Below are positions 18,651 to 27,791 of a stretch of 64,000 bases of DNA, in pieces. Below the pieces are notes generated by a model. That model did not search any database. It worked only from the letters and a program-made list of their open reading frames with translations, and was not told where the DNA came from. This stretch comes from Naegleria gruberi (lineage: Eukaryota), in NCBI GenBank assembly GCA_000004985.1, contig GG738887.1. One strand, written 5' to 3'. The translations under genes and the position numbers were made by a program. Numbering within the stretch: the stretch's first letter is position 1; each line of letters begins with the position of its first letter.

Positions 18651-19440
18651 TTCAATTGCAAGCAACCTTAAGAAAAAGAAGGGTGCAAAACAAAATGAAT
18701 CAGTAAAGAAGAAGAAGACAGAACTTGAGGAGACCACCTCAAAAAAGAGAAAAGAAAGAGAGGAAAACAATGATTCTGGATCATCCTCTTGTGAGGAAGA
18801 AACCATTGAAGAGGATTCCACTGATGATATGAGTGATGATGAATGTTGATTGTAAAATGTTGGGTTACTAAATCGTTATTTTTAATAAAAAAATGTCTAC
18901 ACATCAACTCCCTCATCATATCATACAAAACTGTCGGTTAGTACTACAACATTATTTTTACTACAATTTAAAATCATCAGTTTTATTGTTTATTGGTTTG
19001 TTGTATTTAAATTTCTTAATTTCTTAATTTTTTAATTATTGTTGTTAGTTGGATTTATAAAGATTTTATTCTTCGAAATTGGTTTGTTGTATTATTTTCA
19101 TATTATATGATTTTACCTGCTACGGATCATCAAAATTATTCATCACAAGAAATTAGGTAATTTGTTATAATTCAATTTGTGCTAAACAGCACGATTTATA
19201 TGCAAGCAACAATGTAAGTAATTTTGATTTATTATCATTAATTTTGAATGTAACTGAAGAGGTGAGTGATATTTCATCAGTTGGAGTGAGGATGAGGAGT
19301 GTAGATATTTTTTTCGGTTGGAAATTTGGAATGGAAGTGGATCTAATAATAGATGAGTTTGGAACTTGGAAATTTTACAAGATTTTGTAGTAAATAATTG
19401 CTGGAATTTAGTCAATAATTGACAATAATTATTATGAATT

Positions 19441-19700
19441 TTTTGACGTAATTATTGATGTTTTTTCATCAATATTTGATACAAAACATTATTGATTTAT
19501 TATCAATTTTTGACGTCAAAAATTGATAATAAATCATTAAGAATTGACGATAATTCTTGACGTCAATTGCGCGTTAATTTGGAATTTTTCTCCCAACACT
19601 TGTTGACGATTTTATTATGCTTTAAGCATCAATTTTTAACATTTTTCAATAAACTTTATTTCATAATTTTGCAATCTGATACGTTAAAATTTGACGAAAA
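19441..19700. promoter_or_regulatory. Intergenic cluster of TGACG(T) half-sites and CRE palindromes upstream of the 19809 gene
   Basis: Within 260 bp there are TGACGTAA at 19444-19451 and TGACGTCA at 19511-19518. TGACGA at 19545-19550 and TGACGTCA at 19558-19565 together form the dyad aattgacg...cgtcaatt. Further TGACGA sites lie at 19604-19609 and 19692-19697. A regulatory role is inferred; only the motif occurrence is observed. Confidence 0.35.
19496..19533. repeat. Perfect 38-bp palindrome centred on CRE-type TGACGTCA
   Basis: The sequence tttattatcaatttttgacgtcaaaaattgataataaa (19496..19533) equals its own reverse complement, verified base by base. The core TGACGTCA lies at 19511-19518. 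Flanks extend the dyad imperfectly to about 19494..19535. Confidence 0.9.
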
Positions 19701-19808
19701 AATTGTTAAAATTATCATCAAAATAATTTAGCGGGTATTTATTGTAATGCGTTTGAAAAATGATCAAATGTATCACGTTTCCAATATTGTTCAACTTTCC
19801 AATAAAAA

Positions 19809-20369
19809 ATGGACGAATCAACACCTCTCTATAATTTCGGAAATTCTGTGGAAAAAGATGAACGTTCGGAAGATGATGATATTGTCATTCAATTCGTTCA
19901 ATTAATTTCATGTTTATTACTTTCATGTTTTACATTATTTGATTTAGTTTTGGGGATTTGGGGAAGTGTAATTTTTGGAATCTATTCGAAAGGGTCCAAT
20001 CTGATAGATCCAGAGCCATGTAATATGACAACTGCCACTGCTTTAATAATGACATGCTCTGTGTGTTATTTCTCATTCTTTATTTTCAAGATTAGTTTAG
20101 TTTGTTGTCATTGTTTCGGATGTAGAAAGAAAAGGATTTATCTTGTACCAAGCATTTGTTTCTTCTACATTCCTTGTTTAATAATTAATGGAATTTCGTG
20201 TACGATCTTGGCATTCATTGGTGGAAATAGAAAATGTCAAGAAATTCATGTTCAGGAATTCGCATTTTCCATAACAAGCGTAATTCTAATGTCTCTAATT
20301 ATATGTATATGGACTTGTCAAAATTGTTTATTGGGTGGATGTAAATTAGTTGCCGCTAACGAGGATTAA
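19809..20369 (+). CDS. Small Cys-rich four-helix membrane protein (hypothetical)
   Basis: ATG at 19809 follows aaaaaa, and the 186-aa ORF ends at TAA 20367-20369. An acidic N-terminus is followed by four hydrophobic helices (LISCLLLSCFTLFDLVLGIWGSVIFGI, ALIMTCSVCYFSFFIFKISLVCC, LVPSICFFYIPCLIINGISCTILAFIGG, ITSVILMSLIICIWT). There are many Cys residues, including a CCHCFGC cluster in the loop. Confidence 0.5.
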   Translation: MDESTPLYNFGNSVEKDERSEDDDIVIQFVQLISCLLLSCFTLFDLVLGIWGSVIFGIYSKGSNLIDPEPCNMTTATALIMTCSVCYFSFFIFKISLVCCHCFGCRKKRIYLVPSICFFYIPCLIINGISCTILAFIGGNRKCQEIHVQEFAFSITSVILMSLIICIWTCQNCLLGGCKLVAANED

Positions 20370-20875
20370 TTATGTTTGTAAAACTTTACAATAAAATCAT
20401 CAAAATAAAATTTCATTACTTGATTATCTTTATCCCCCAACCTGAAATACTTCTTTTAAATAGATCATTCAGAAAATCCACCAAAGATGAAATCCCAATA
20501 AGATTCAACACATCTTTAACTAAGAAAACAACTGAGGAATTATTAACAATCCCAAACTTTTTATTAAAATCATGAATCAGTTTCATTGCAATCCAAAAAA
20601 TTTTACAAACATATAATTGTTATTGAACCACTTCAACTTCTAACATTTGGGAAAACCAGTCCACGTTCCTAGATCAATTATGAAATGAATAGTGTCGAAT
20701 GTGGGGCATGGCACTTTGTTGTCAATGCTCAAATATTTCAGAAGTCGATTGTTGGAACAGATGAAAATTGCTTTTCATAATTGTAAAATATTTACTCTCA
20801 AATAAAGATGTTTCGTAGTGACGGATTCGAAGAATTGAATAAAAAGATCAATTTGTTGTGTGAAAATTTATAAAT

Positions 20876-21853
20876 TTACTCGGCACCAATTAACAAATCA
20901 GAGAGCTTGTACTCAATGACAAACTTTTGATTACTCTTCAATGAATCAATCAAGGCCAAGACTGGATTACGGCTCTTCAAAGTTTCAGCATTAGCTTGAG
21001 ACACTTCACCAGTATTTTCCAAATCAGTAGCAGCTTGCTTCTTGGCATTAACCTTAATGAGATATCTGAAACCTAACTTGGTACAGAAAATAGAAGAGAA
21101 GAAGAAGAGAGACATTAAAATACCATAACCATGAACCATTGTACCAATTAAACAGACAAGATTGAGTGCCAAATTGAGAGCCATCATGATTGGAGACTTT
21201 AAGAGCATTGAAATAGTTTCCAAAACTACCAAAATCCAGAAAATAACATGAACAAAAACTGGGAATCTCCATCCATTAGTATCAGCAGCAACCCAAATGA
21301 CACCAATAATTTGTAAGAGAAGTGTCAAGGCCAACAAGTTACACAATGACCCAATCAATGCAGTTGGAGAACGAACACGAGTCTTGAGTTTGTTCAACAT
21401 TTGTCTAAAGGTCGATGTTGGACGCATTCTCATAGTCGAATCTTCTGTAGAAGCTTGAGCCATACCACCATTTCCATCAATAGTAGTTGTTGTGGTTGTA
21501 ATTGTAGTGGTATATGGGAGTTGTTGTTGAATTTGAATTGGTTCGGTAGTTATTGTTGTAGGATAAGGAGTTGCTTGTTGTTGACCAATGAATTGAACTG
21601 GAGGAATTGGTTGATTATTCATTCCGTATGGCATATATGAAGCACCTTGTAAAGTTGGATACATGTGTTGTTGGTGTGGGAGAACCGGTAATTGAACCAT
21701 TGGATTACTTGAAGGCAAAGAAGATGCTTGCAAGACTGGATAAGGAGTTGTCGTTGCTTGTATTGTAGGATTGGATGAAGGAATTGTTGTTGGTAAATTT
21801 GTATTCATCATTTGTTGTGCGTATGGATGTGGTGGAGGTGAAGTAAGAGTCAT
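20876..21853 (-). CDS. Membrane protein, paralog A of a divergent pair (Pro/Gln/Thr-rich N-terminus, 4 predicted TM helices, conserved C-terminal SDLLIGAE)
   Basis: ATG at 21851-21853 is confirmed and the 325-aa ORF ends at TAA 20876-20878. It shares clear collinear similarity with the 22370..23197 protein: AQAS-EDS, LKTRVRSP-x-L-x-SLCN-L-L, H-x-FWIL-V and the identical C-terminal octapeptide SDLLIGAE. Confidence 0.65.
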   Translation of the reverse strand: MTLTSPPPHPYAQQMMNTNLPTTIPSSNPTIQATTTPYPVLQASSLPSSNPMVQLPVLPHQQHMYPTLQGASYMPYGMNNQPIPPVQFIGQQQATPYPTTITTEPIQIQQQLPYTTTITTTTTTIDGNGGMAQASTEDSTMRMRPTSTFRQMLNKLKTRVRSPTALIGSLCNLLALTLLLQIIGVIWVAADTNGWRFPVFVHVIFWILVVLETISMLLKSPIMMALNLALNLVCLIGTMVHGYGILMSLFFFSSIFCTKLGFRYLIKVNAKKQAATDLENTGEVSQANAETLKSRNPVLALIDSLKSNQKFVIEYKLSDLLIGAE

Positions 21854-22369
21854 CTTTAGTTAGTATAAATCTTCAAGGAATTATATTTTCTTATTATTAT
21901 TATTATTTTGATTATTATTTGTACAAAAGTCGCGACGATATTAGATGTCGGTTGGTTTTATGATAATTTTTTTAGTGATTTTGTTTGATGTGAGATGAAC
22001 AAGAATTTGAATGGAAGCATCAATTTTCGAATTCCTTTCCAATTTGATTTTTGACTTCTTTTAAGGAGGTTGTTAACGTTGAGGAGTTGTTGAAACAAGC
22101 TGTTGATTATCAGCGATATTCGATATCGACTAGATTTTGAATCATGTATTCATCCTTAATATCTACTTCGATAATCGAAAATAATTCCTTTCTAATTCTC
22201 TCGCGATCTTGTTCAACTAGGCTTCTACTTCCAACAGACATCAAATTTTTAAACCTTAAAAAAAATCGCAAAATTCTGCCAAGCTCGTAAATTTGCAGCC
22301 AATTTCAAACTCTAACCGCCTGTACCATCATCACAATCATTTTCATTATTTAAATAATTCGCGATCACA

Positions 22370-23197
22370 ATGAATAATAATAATGCTACAAATAATAACC
22401 ATGTTCATCCGTACATGATGGCACAACAACAACAACAACAATTTACAAAATCACCTGATGCTCCTCCAATTCAATATCATTCCGGTCTTGCTCAACAACA
22501 ACAACAACCAGTTTTTACCACCTCAAGTCCATATCCAACCTCTACCACCACCACTACCTATACAACTACTATTGAATCAGTGCCACAACAATATCCTACA
22601 AACATGGATAATGTTGCTCAAGCATCTATGGAAGATTCTTCTTTAAAGCTTGTTGGAACTTCTATTGCAAAGCAAATGTGGACTAAATTGAAGAGTAGAG
22701 TACGTTCTCCATACACTCTTGTCTCTTCATTGTGTAACATGTTGTCATTGGCCATGCTTTTTGAATTTATCTTTATCATTGTTGCTTCCTGTCAATATTA
22801 TAACGCCACACCAGCTCATATGCACATTGTCTTTTGGATTTTGTTCGTGGTTCAACCAATTTTCATGATTTTGAAATCACCTTTATTGATGGTTGTTTCC
22901 TTGTTTATGAATTTGGCCATGTTTGTTATGAGTTGTGTTCAAACTGCTGCCTATGGCAAGAATACTGGTATTTCATATGGTGTTTTGGTTGTCATGTTCT
23001 TGTACTCGTGTTTCTTTTCAGTTATTTTGGCTATCAGTTATCTCAAGAAGGTCAACAAGTCAACAGAACAACAAGCAACTCAATCACCAAAAGCTGCTAT
23101 CATGGCTGACATTGTTACCATTACTCAAAATATTAAGCGTTATAGAGAAATGATCAAGGCTTGTAAAATTTCTGATCTCTTAATTGGTGCTGAATAA
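22370..23197 (+). CDS. Membrane protein, paralog B of the divergent pair
   Basis: ATG at 22370 and a 275-aa ORF ending at TAA 23195-23197. The N-terminus has poly-Asn and poly-Gln from (CAA)n. The conserved blocks shared with the 20876..21853 protein are LKSRVRSPYTLVSSLCNMLSL, HIVFWILFV and the terminal SDLLIGAE. The last 8 codons of the two genes differ at 3 synonymous positions (ttg/ctc, gcc/gct), which indicates purifying selection on both copies. Confidence 0.65.
   Translation: MNNNNATNNNHVHPYMMAQQQQQQFTKSPDAPPIQYHSGLAQQQQQPVFTTSSPYPTSTTTTTYTTTIESVPQQYPTNMDNVAQASMEDSSLKLVGTSIAKQMWTKLKSRVRSPYTLVSSLCNMLSLAMLFEFIFIIVASCQYYNATPAHMHIVFWILFVVQPIFMILKSPLLMVVSLFMNLAMFVMSCVQTAAYGKNTGISYGVLVVMFLYSCFFSVILAISYLKKVNKSTEQQATQSPKAAIMADIVTITQNIKRYREMIKACKISDLLIGAE
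22424..22441 (+). repeat. (CAA)6 trinucleotide repeat encoding poly-Gln in paralog B; a second (CAA)5 lies at 22494..22508
   Basis: The repeat caacaacaacaacaacaa is read directly from the sequence; in frame it encodes QQQQQQ. Confidence 0.9.
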
Positions 23198-23433
23198 ATA
23201 ATCACTGTAAATATTAATTGTAAATAACTATAAAACTCAATCTTCAACAATATTAGTTTTAAATGAGCGCATGTTTAAGAATGAACACCAGATGTAGTTG
23301 AAGAATTTCAAAAAGACAGGGAAATAGCTGCTTTAAATAAGAATGCATAGAAACATGCATCGAGATGGTAACAAGAAATAATTACAGGTATTTTTCTAAT
23401 TTACAATAGTTTAATCTCAATATTCTCAAATAT

Positions 23434-24367
23434 TTAACAAGCTGTGCAATTCTTTCCTAATTGCTTTGCTGACAAGCTCAATAATAATGGTCTCACATAC
23501 ACGACGGAATTGGCAATAGCTGTTGGAATATATCCATTAGGAGCTGCTTGAGCTATGAAAGTAGCTCTCAAATCTCCATTGTTTAATTCGGTAAATTTCA
23601 GATAGGTGAAAATGTTGGTTCCTCTGACGTGGCCCTTTGCTGGCTTAATGTCGAGAGCTTCATCGATGGAAGTTGTCAATAGGATGGTTGTCTTTTTGGC
23701 ATCAGAAACTTCTGGTTTAACATCGAAATATCTTTCAACATAGAGAAAATCTCTTTCCGAAACCATCATGCCTTTTTTCCAATAAAATTTCCAATATTTT
23801 CCACACATGAATTATCAATAATTTTGATAAGAAATGAAATATTCCAATACAACCAATCGTTAGCAAACCATGCACAAACAATCAAAACCTACTTGGTGAA
23901 GTTACAACATAATGTCTGACACTCCAATTTCCCTCCTCAGTGCTAAACTTTCCTACTTCAGTAATTGATTTGGTATTCTCATCAAAAATTTGTCTAGTTT
24001 TCGTATCTGCAGTAGTCAACAATGGAACAATCTCATCAACAGTACATTGTGAAATAAGTGTCTCTCCACGAATGACACTTCCTTCATTGGCAGATGCTAC
24101 AGAAATTGTCACCTGATCGACGACCTTGTATGGTTTGAATAGATCAGTGCTCTTTTCATAATGTTGGGCAACTGAGAGAGCTTTGGAGTAGAGAGTGGAG
24201 GAAATGACCTTGTTGATGGATTCGATGGAGAACATTTTTTTTAAAGTTTTGAATAGTTGATTTGGAGAATTTAATAGGGAAATTGAGAGAGGAGTCGGAT
24301 AGTCGGCCGGTGCAGTTTGCTCAGTCCTATCCGATCTCAAATTATTGATTAGGGATTCTCTTTGCAT
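23434..24367 (-). CDS. START (StAR-related lipid-transfer / Bet v1-like) domain protein, two exons
   Basis: The CDS is join(24367..23884, 23771..23434) on the minus strand. ATG at 24365-24367 is confirmed. The donor GTAGGT starts right after base 23884 and the acceptor AG lies at 23773-23772, giving a 112-nt intron. The spliced product is about 273 aa and reads ..WSVRHYVVTSPS|MMVSERDFLYVERYF.. then ..KGHVRGTNIFTYLKFTELNNGDLRATFIAQAAPNGYIPTAIANS... This contains the conserved START R-D-F and K-G-x-V-R segments. The exact splice sites are inferred. Confidence 0.55.
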
Positions 24368-24652
24368 TTAAGTGTGCTGATTACAGCAACTGTTATTGTA
24401 AACTTGACTAAGTTAGTGATGAGAAAGTTGAAAACTGTAGATGCCTATCCATGATACTCCATCCTTTTCCTTATGAAAAAACCGTTCAATTGGACTATTA
24501 ATGATTAAATATATTTAATAATTTATATTCCAAATTCTTTCGTGAAGAAATTTCTTTTGAAAATACTGTAAAACTACCAAATTTATTTATTGGCGCCACT
24601 TTTTCCCGCCTCTCACTTACTATTATTTTAATATAAATAATAAAAAAAACGA

Positions 24653-27508
24653 ATGAACAGCAAATTCTCGACTCGGCCAATTTCATCGAGAAAATCTTCG
24701 GCACTGTCGAATAGTCGCTCGGCCAGTGCTGCTGATGAGGATGATGACGATGAAGAACATCAACGTTTATTTAAGAATTTTTCAAGAGGAGACGATAGTG
24801 ATGAGGATTTTTCTGCTACTAGTGGAGGAGGAATGGATTACATTAGGAATAGAATTTATTTTGAAACACCAACGCCAAAAGGCTCTGGACGATCATCGAC
24901 AATTCCCTTACCTGTCGGTGATTCTAGTATTAATATCGAAGTATTTAATCATGAAAATGATGAATATGATGACGATGATGATGAGCCTCTGATATTTGGA
25001 ATTGAAAAGAAGGATGATACAAAGATTGCTATTAGTATTGTACCAGGGACTCGTGATAAGGAAAAGTTTTTAAACACTAAGGAAAATAATAATTTTGATA
25101 GGAGCTTGCCAAGTGCAATTAAGAGAGAGGGTTCTTCGGCATCGTCTTATGGAAGATTTGAGACTCCGAGTCCATTTCAAACTGAGGAAGGAAATTTTGA
25201 AGAGGATTTTGGAAGTGAAAGTGGAAGAATTACAACATTTACTAATAGATCTGAGGATGCACCTTCAGTTTCAACAACAACAGGGGCTGTATTACAAAAA
25301 CCATCATTGAAAAAGTTTGAGAGCATTCCGCTTGGGCTTTCCTCTCCCTTCACTAAGAAGAATAGTGCTGGAGGTTTATTGAAAAAAAGTACTGGTTCCT
25401 CAAACGTCTCAATACAGGGAGATTTTGATGAGGAAGATACAAGTCATCTCAAAGATGATCCTCTTGCAGTGAATTTAAAACCATCTAGAACCTCCTATGT
25501 TGCAGGTTCAACAAAGAAGGGCATTAATAGTGATGCTGCCTCCACAGTAACATCTCTTGCCCCTAATTCTCTATTCTCTAGGGACCAAGCTGTCTTCAAT
25601 GATCCTAATTTTCACGACCTAACAGAGGACGAATTGATTAACAAGCAGAAAAAACTTGGTCAAAAAAAGGTAAACACTTCCAATGCAAAGATTAACCTCA
25701 ATTTATCACAAGCTCAAACGGCTGCTCTAGGAACAGAGGCTCTTTCTGAATTGAAACGAAAAATGGAAACCAAAGAGGAAGATATGGAAATAATGAATGG
25801 AATTATTGATTTTGCAAAGAAGGAAGAATCTAAACTATTGCTCAAAACTGGGAATTTCAGCACTGTTGCCAAGTATGAAAGAGAATCGAAACGACAAGAC
25901 GAAAAAAGGAATATCTCACAATTATTGACCACTGTTAAAAAGAGGCAACACAATGAGAAGCAAGTCACCAAGAAGAATGAAATCACCATCCCAATGTCTA
26001 GCAAGAAAATCAAGTGGGTAGAAGACGCTAAAAAGAAGGGAAGAGAAAATTTGAAAGAACACTTGTTTGCTGAAAAGATGGAAGATTTTGCAATTCAGGC
26101 CAGAATCAATCACGAAAAGACTGTCGAAAATTACAAGATTCATTACGACAATTTATTTGCTGAACACCAACAAGCTCTGCAACAAATCAAAATTGAAAAG
26201 GAAAATGTAACCAAACATCAGGAAGAGAACAAATCTCTCAAATATACTATCGAAATGTTGAGACAAAAATTGGGAAAGCAATCGGTGAGAGAAATTGAAA
26301 AGGAACAAAAACTGAGACTCTTCTCAAATTATGAACCTCTTTTTGAAACATTGCAGAAGAATTTCAACTTTGATTCACCGTATGATGTTATTAGGAGAAT
26401 TGAAATGTTGGAGAAGGCTCAATCTGATTCTTTCACACAACTTTTGGAAGCACAAGAACAAAAGAATGCTTTGGAACGACAATTTGAAAAGTACAAGACT
26501 GAAATAGAGAACAAACACAGAAAGGCCATTGGGGAATTGGAAAAGCAAATCGAACGTGATCAAAATCAAATCAAGGAAGATAATATGAACATGAAAAAGT
26601 TTCAACAAACTCTGGATTCCAGTGAAAATTACAGACAAAAGTTTTTAGTATTAAGTGATTCTGTGATAGATTTGTGGCACACCTGGGTGAAAGATGTGGA
26701 AAAATTGGGCTATAGAGATACAACTGTTTTTTACAAGAATGGGGAACATTCATTGACTGGTGGAGCAGCCACTTTGTTAATGCACTCTGATCCAGATTTT
26801 AGTGATTCCAATCAAGTCATGTCTGCCGTTAAGAATTTATTGATTGCCTTCACTCCCAACAAGGCAGGTCACTCTTACTCGGAGCTTGCAAAAATGGCAA
26901 ATGGATATTGGCTTAAATATTTCAAGACTGATTTTGATATCAAGAGTAAACCAAAGCAAATATTTGAAAAGATGGCTCAATCCATTGATGTAAGAAATAC
27001 TCGAATCAAGGAATTGGAAAGGAAGGTCAAGGAAATTGAAATTCTCGTAAAGCAATTGGAAGATGACAAGAATAAGGCCACCAGAGAAAAGAGGGCTCTC
27101 GAAGTTCAAGTCAACGTAGGCCAACAATTCCAAAGGCCACAATCAGCCGGGGCTCGTCTCAAAAATGTCAAATCTCCCACACTACACTACATTTACGGTG
27201 CAGAAAACAACAAGGAAAAGAAGTCCAATTCAAGACCTCAGAGTGCTCGAGTTTGGCCTAGACCTCAGAGTGGAGCAAGTAGCCCATCAAATAATACCAA
27301 TAGATTTAGACCTTCCACTGCAAAAAGTGATCATCCAACGACAACATCTGACAATTCTAGACCCTCCTCTTCATCCTCATTGAGAGCATTTGTTAAAAGA
27401 CCAATGAGTGCACCTTCTAATAAGAGACCACAATCCTCCTCAGCAAAGAGTACAACTACTCATGATGATCTTGGCTCCTTCTTTATTACACAAGTTGGTA
27501 TCACTTAA
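24653..27508 (+). CDS. Large coiled-coil protein with Ser/Asp-rich N-terminus and Ser/Pro/Arg-rich C-terminus (hypothetical)
   Basis: ATG at 24653 immediately follows an in-frame TAA, and the 951-aa uninterrupted ORF ends at TAA 27506-27508. The central ~450 aa are strongly heptad-like and K/E/Q-rich (e.g. KELERKVKEIEILVKQLEDDKNKATREKRALE). The ends are low-complexity and acidic or Ser-rich. I recognise no catalytic motifs. Confidence 0.6.
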   Translation: MNSKFSTRPISSRKSSALSNSRSASAADEDDDDEEHQRLFKNFSRGDDSDEDFSATSGGGMDYIRNRIYFETPTPKGSGRSSTIPLPVGDSSINIEVFNHENDEYDDDDDEPLIFGIEKKDDTKIAISIVPGTRDKEKFLNTKENNNFDRSLPSAIKREGSSASSYGRFETPSPFQTEEGNFEEDFGSESGRITTFTNRSEDAPSVSTTTGAVLQKPSLKKFESIPLGLSSPFTKKNSAGGLLKKSTGSSNVSIQGDFDEEDTSHLKDDPLAVNLKPSRTSYVAGSTKKGINSDAASTVTSLAPNSLFSRDQAVFNDPNFHDLTEDELINKQKKLGQKKVNTSNAKINLNLSQAQTAALGTEALSELKRKMETKEEDMEIMNGIIDFAKKEESKLLLKTGNFSTVAKYERESKRQDEKRNISQLLTTVKKRQHNEKQVTKKNEITIPMSSKKIKWVEDAKKKGRENLKEHLFAEKMEDFAIQARINHEKTVENYKIHYDNLFAEHQQALQQIKIEKENVTKHQEENKSLKYTIEMLRQKLGKQSVREIEKEQKLRLFSNYEPLFETLQKNFNFDSPYDVIRRIEMLEKAQSDSFTQLLEAQEQKNALERQFEKYKTEIENKHRKAIGELEKQIERDQNQIKEDNMNMKKFQQTLDSSENYRQKFLVLSDSVIDLWHTWVKDVEKLGYRDTTVFYKNGEHSLTGGAATLLMHSDPDFSDSNQVMSAVKNLLIAFTPNKAGHSYSELAKMANGYWLKYFKTDFDIKSKPKQIFEKMAQSIDVRNTRIKELERKVKEIEILVKQLEDDKNKATREKRALEVQVNVGQQFQRPQSAGARLKNVKSPTLHYIYGAENNKEKKSNSRPQSARVWPRPQSGASSPSNNTNRFRPSTAKSDHPTTTSDNSRPSSSSSLRAFVKRPMSAPSNKRPQSSSAKSTTTHDDLGSFFITQVGIT

Positions 27509-27791
27509 ATATTGATCTCCTCTTGGATATTACTATCAAAACTAGTGTGTACTTGCTAATTTATTTAGCTAGAGATTTCTCACCTCAGAATCATTGATTG
27601 GCTGTTGGATTCTTATCTTGTAAAGATGAGCAAAAAAGGGACCCTTAATTGGTTGTTTAAAATACCACAAAAAAATTGTCCAAATCCACCACAGTATAGA
27701 TCCTCATCACCAGTAACTCGATCCAGAACAAGCCAAAACATTGAAAAAGTTCTTGGTCTTCTTGTTTATCAAAAAGCAAAGCTAAGAAAAA

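Noticed and set aside
22100-22135. Short palindromes (tcgatatcga, tcgcga) in the bidirectional promoter between the paralog pair
   Set aside because: These are 6-10 bp restriction-site-like palindromes expected by chance in 500 bp. They are not extended dyads like the 38-bp CRE palindrome.
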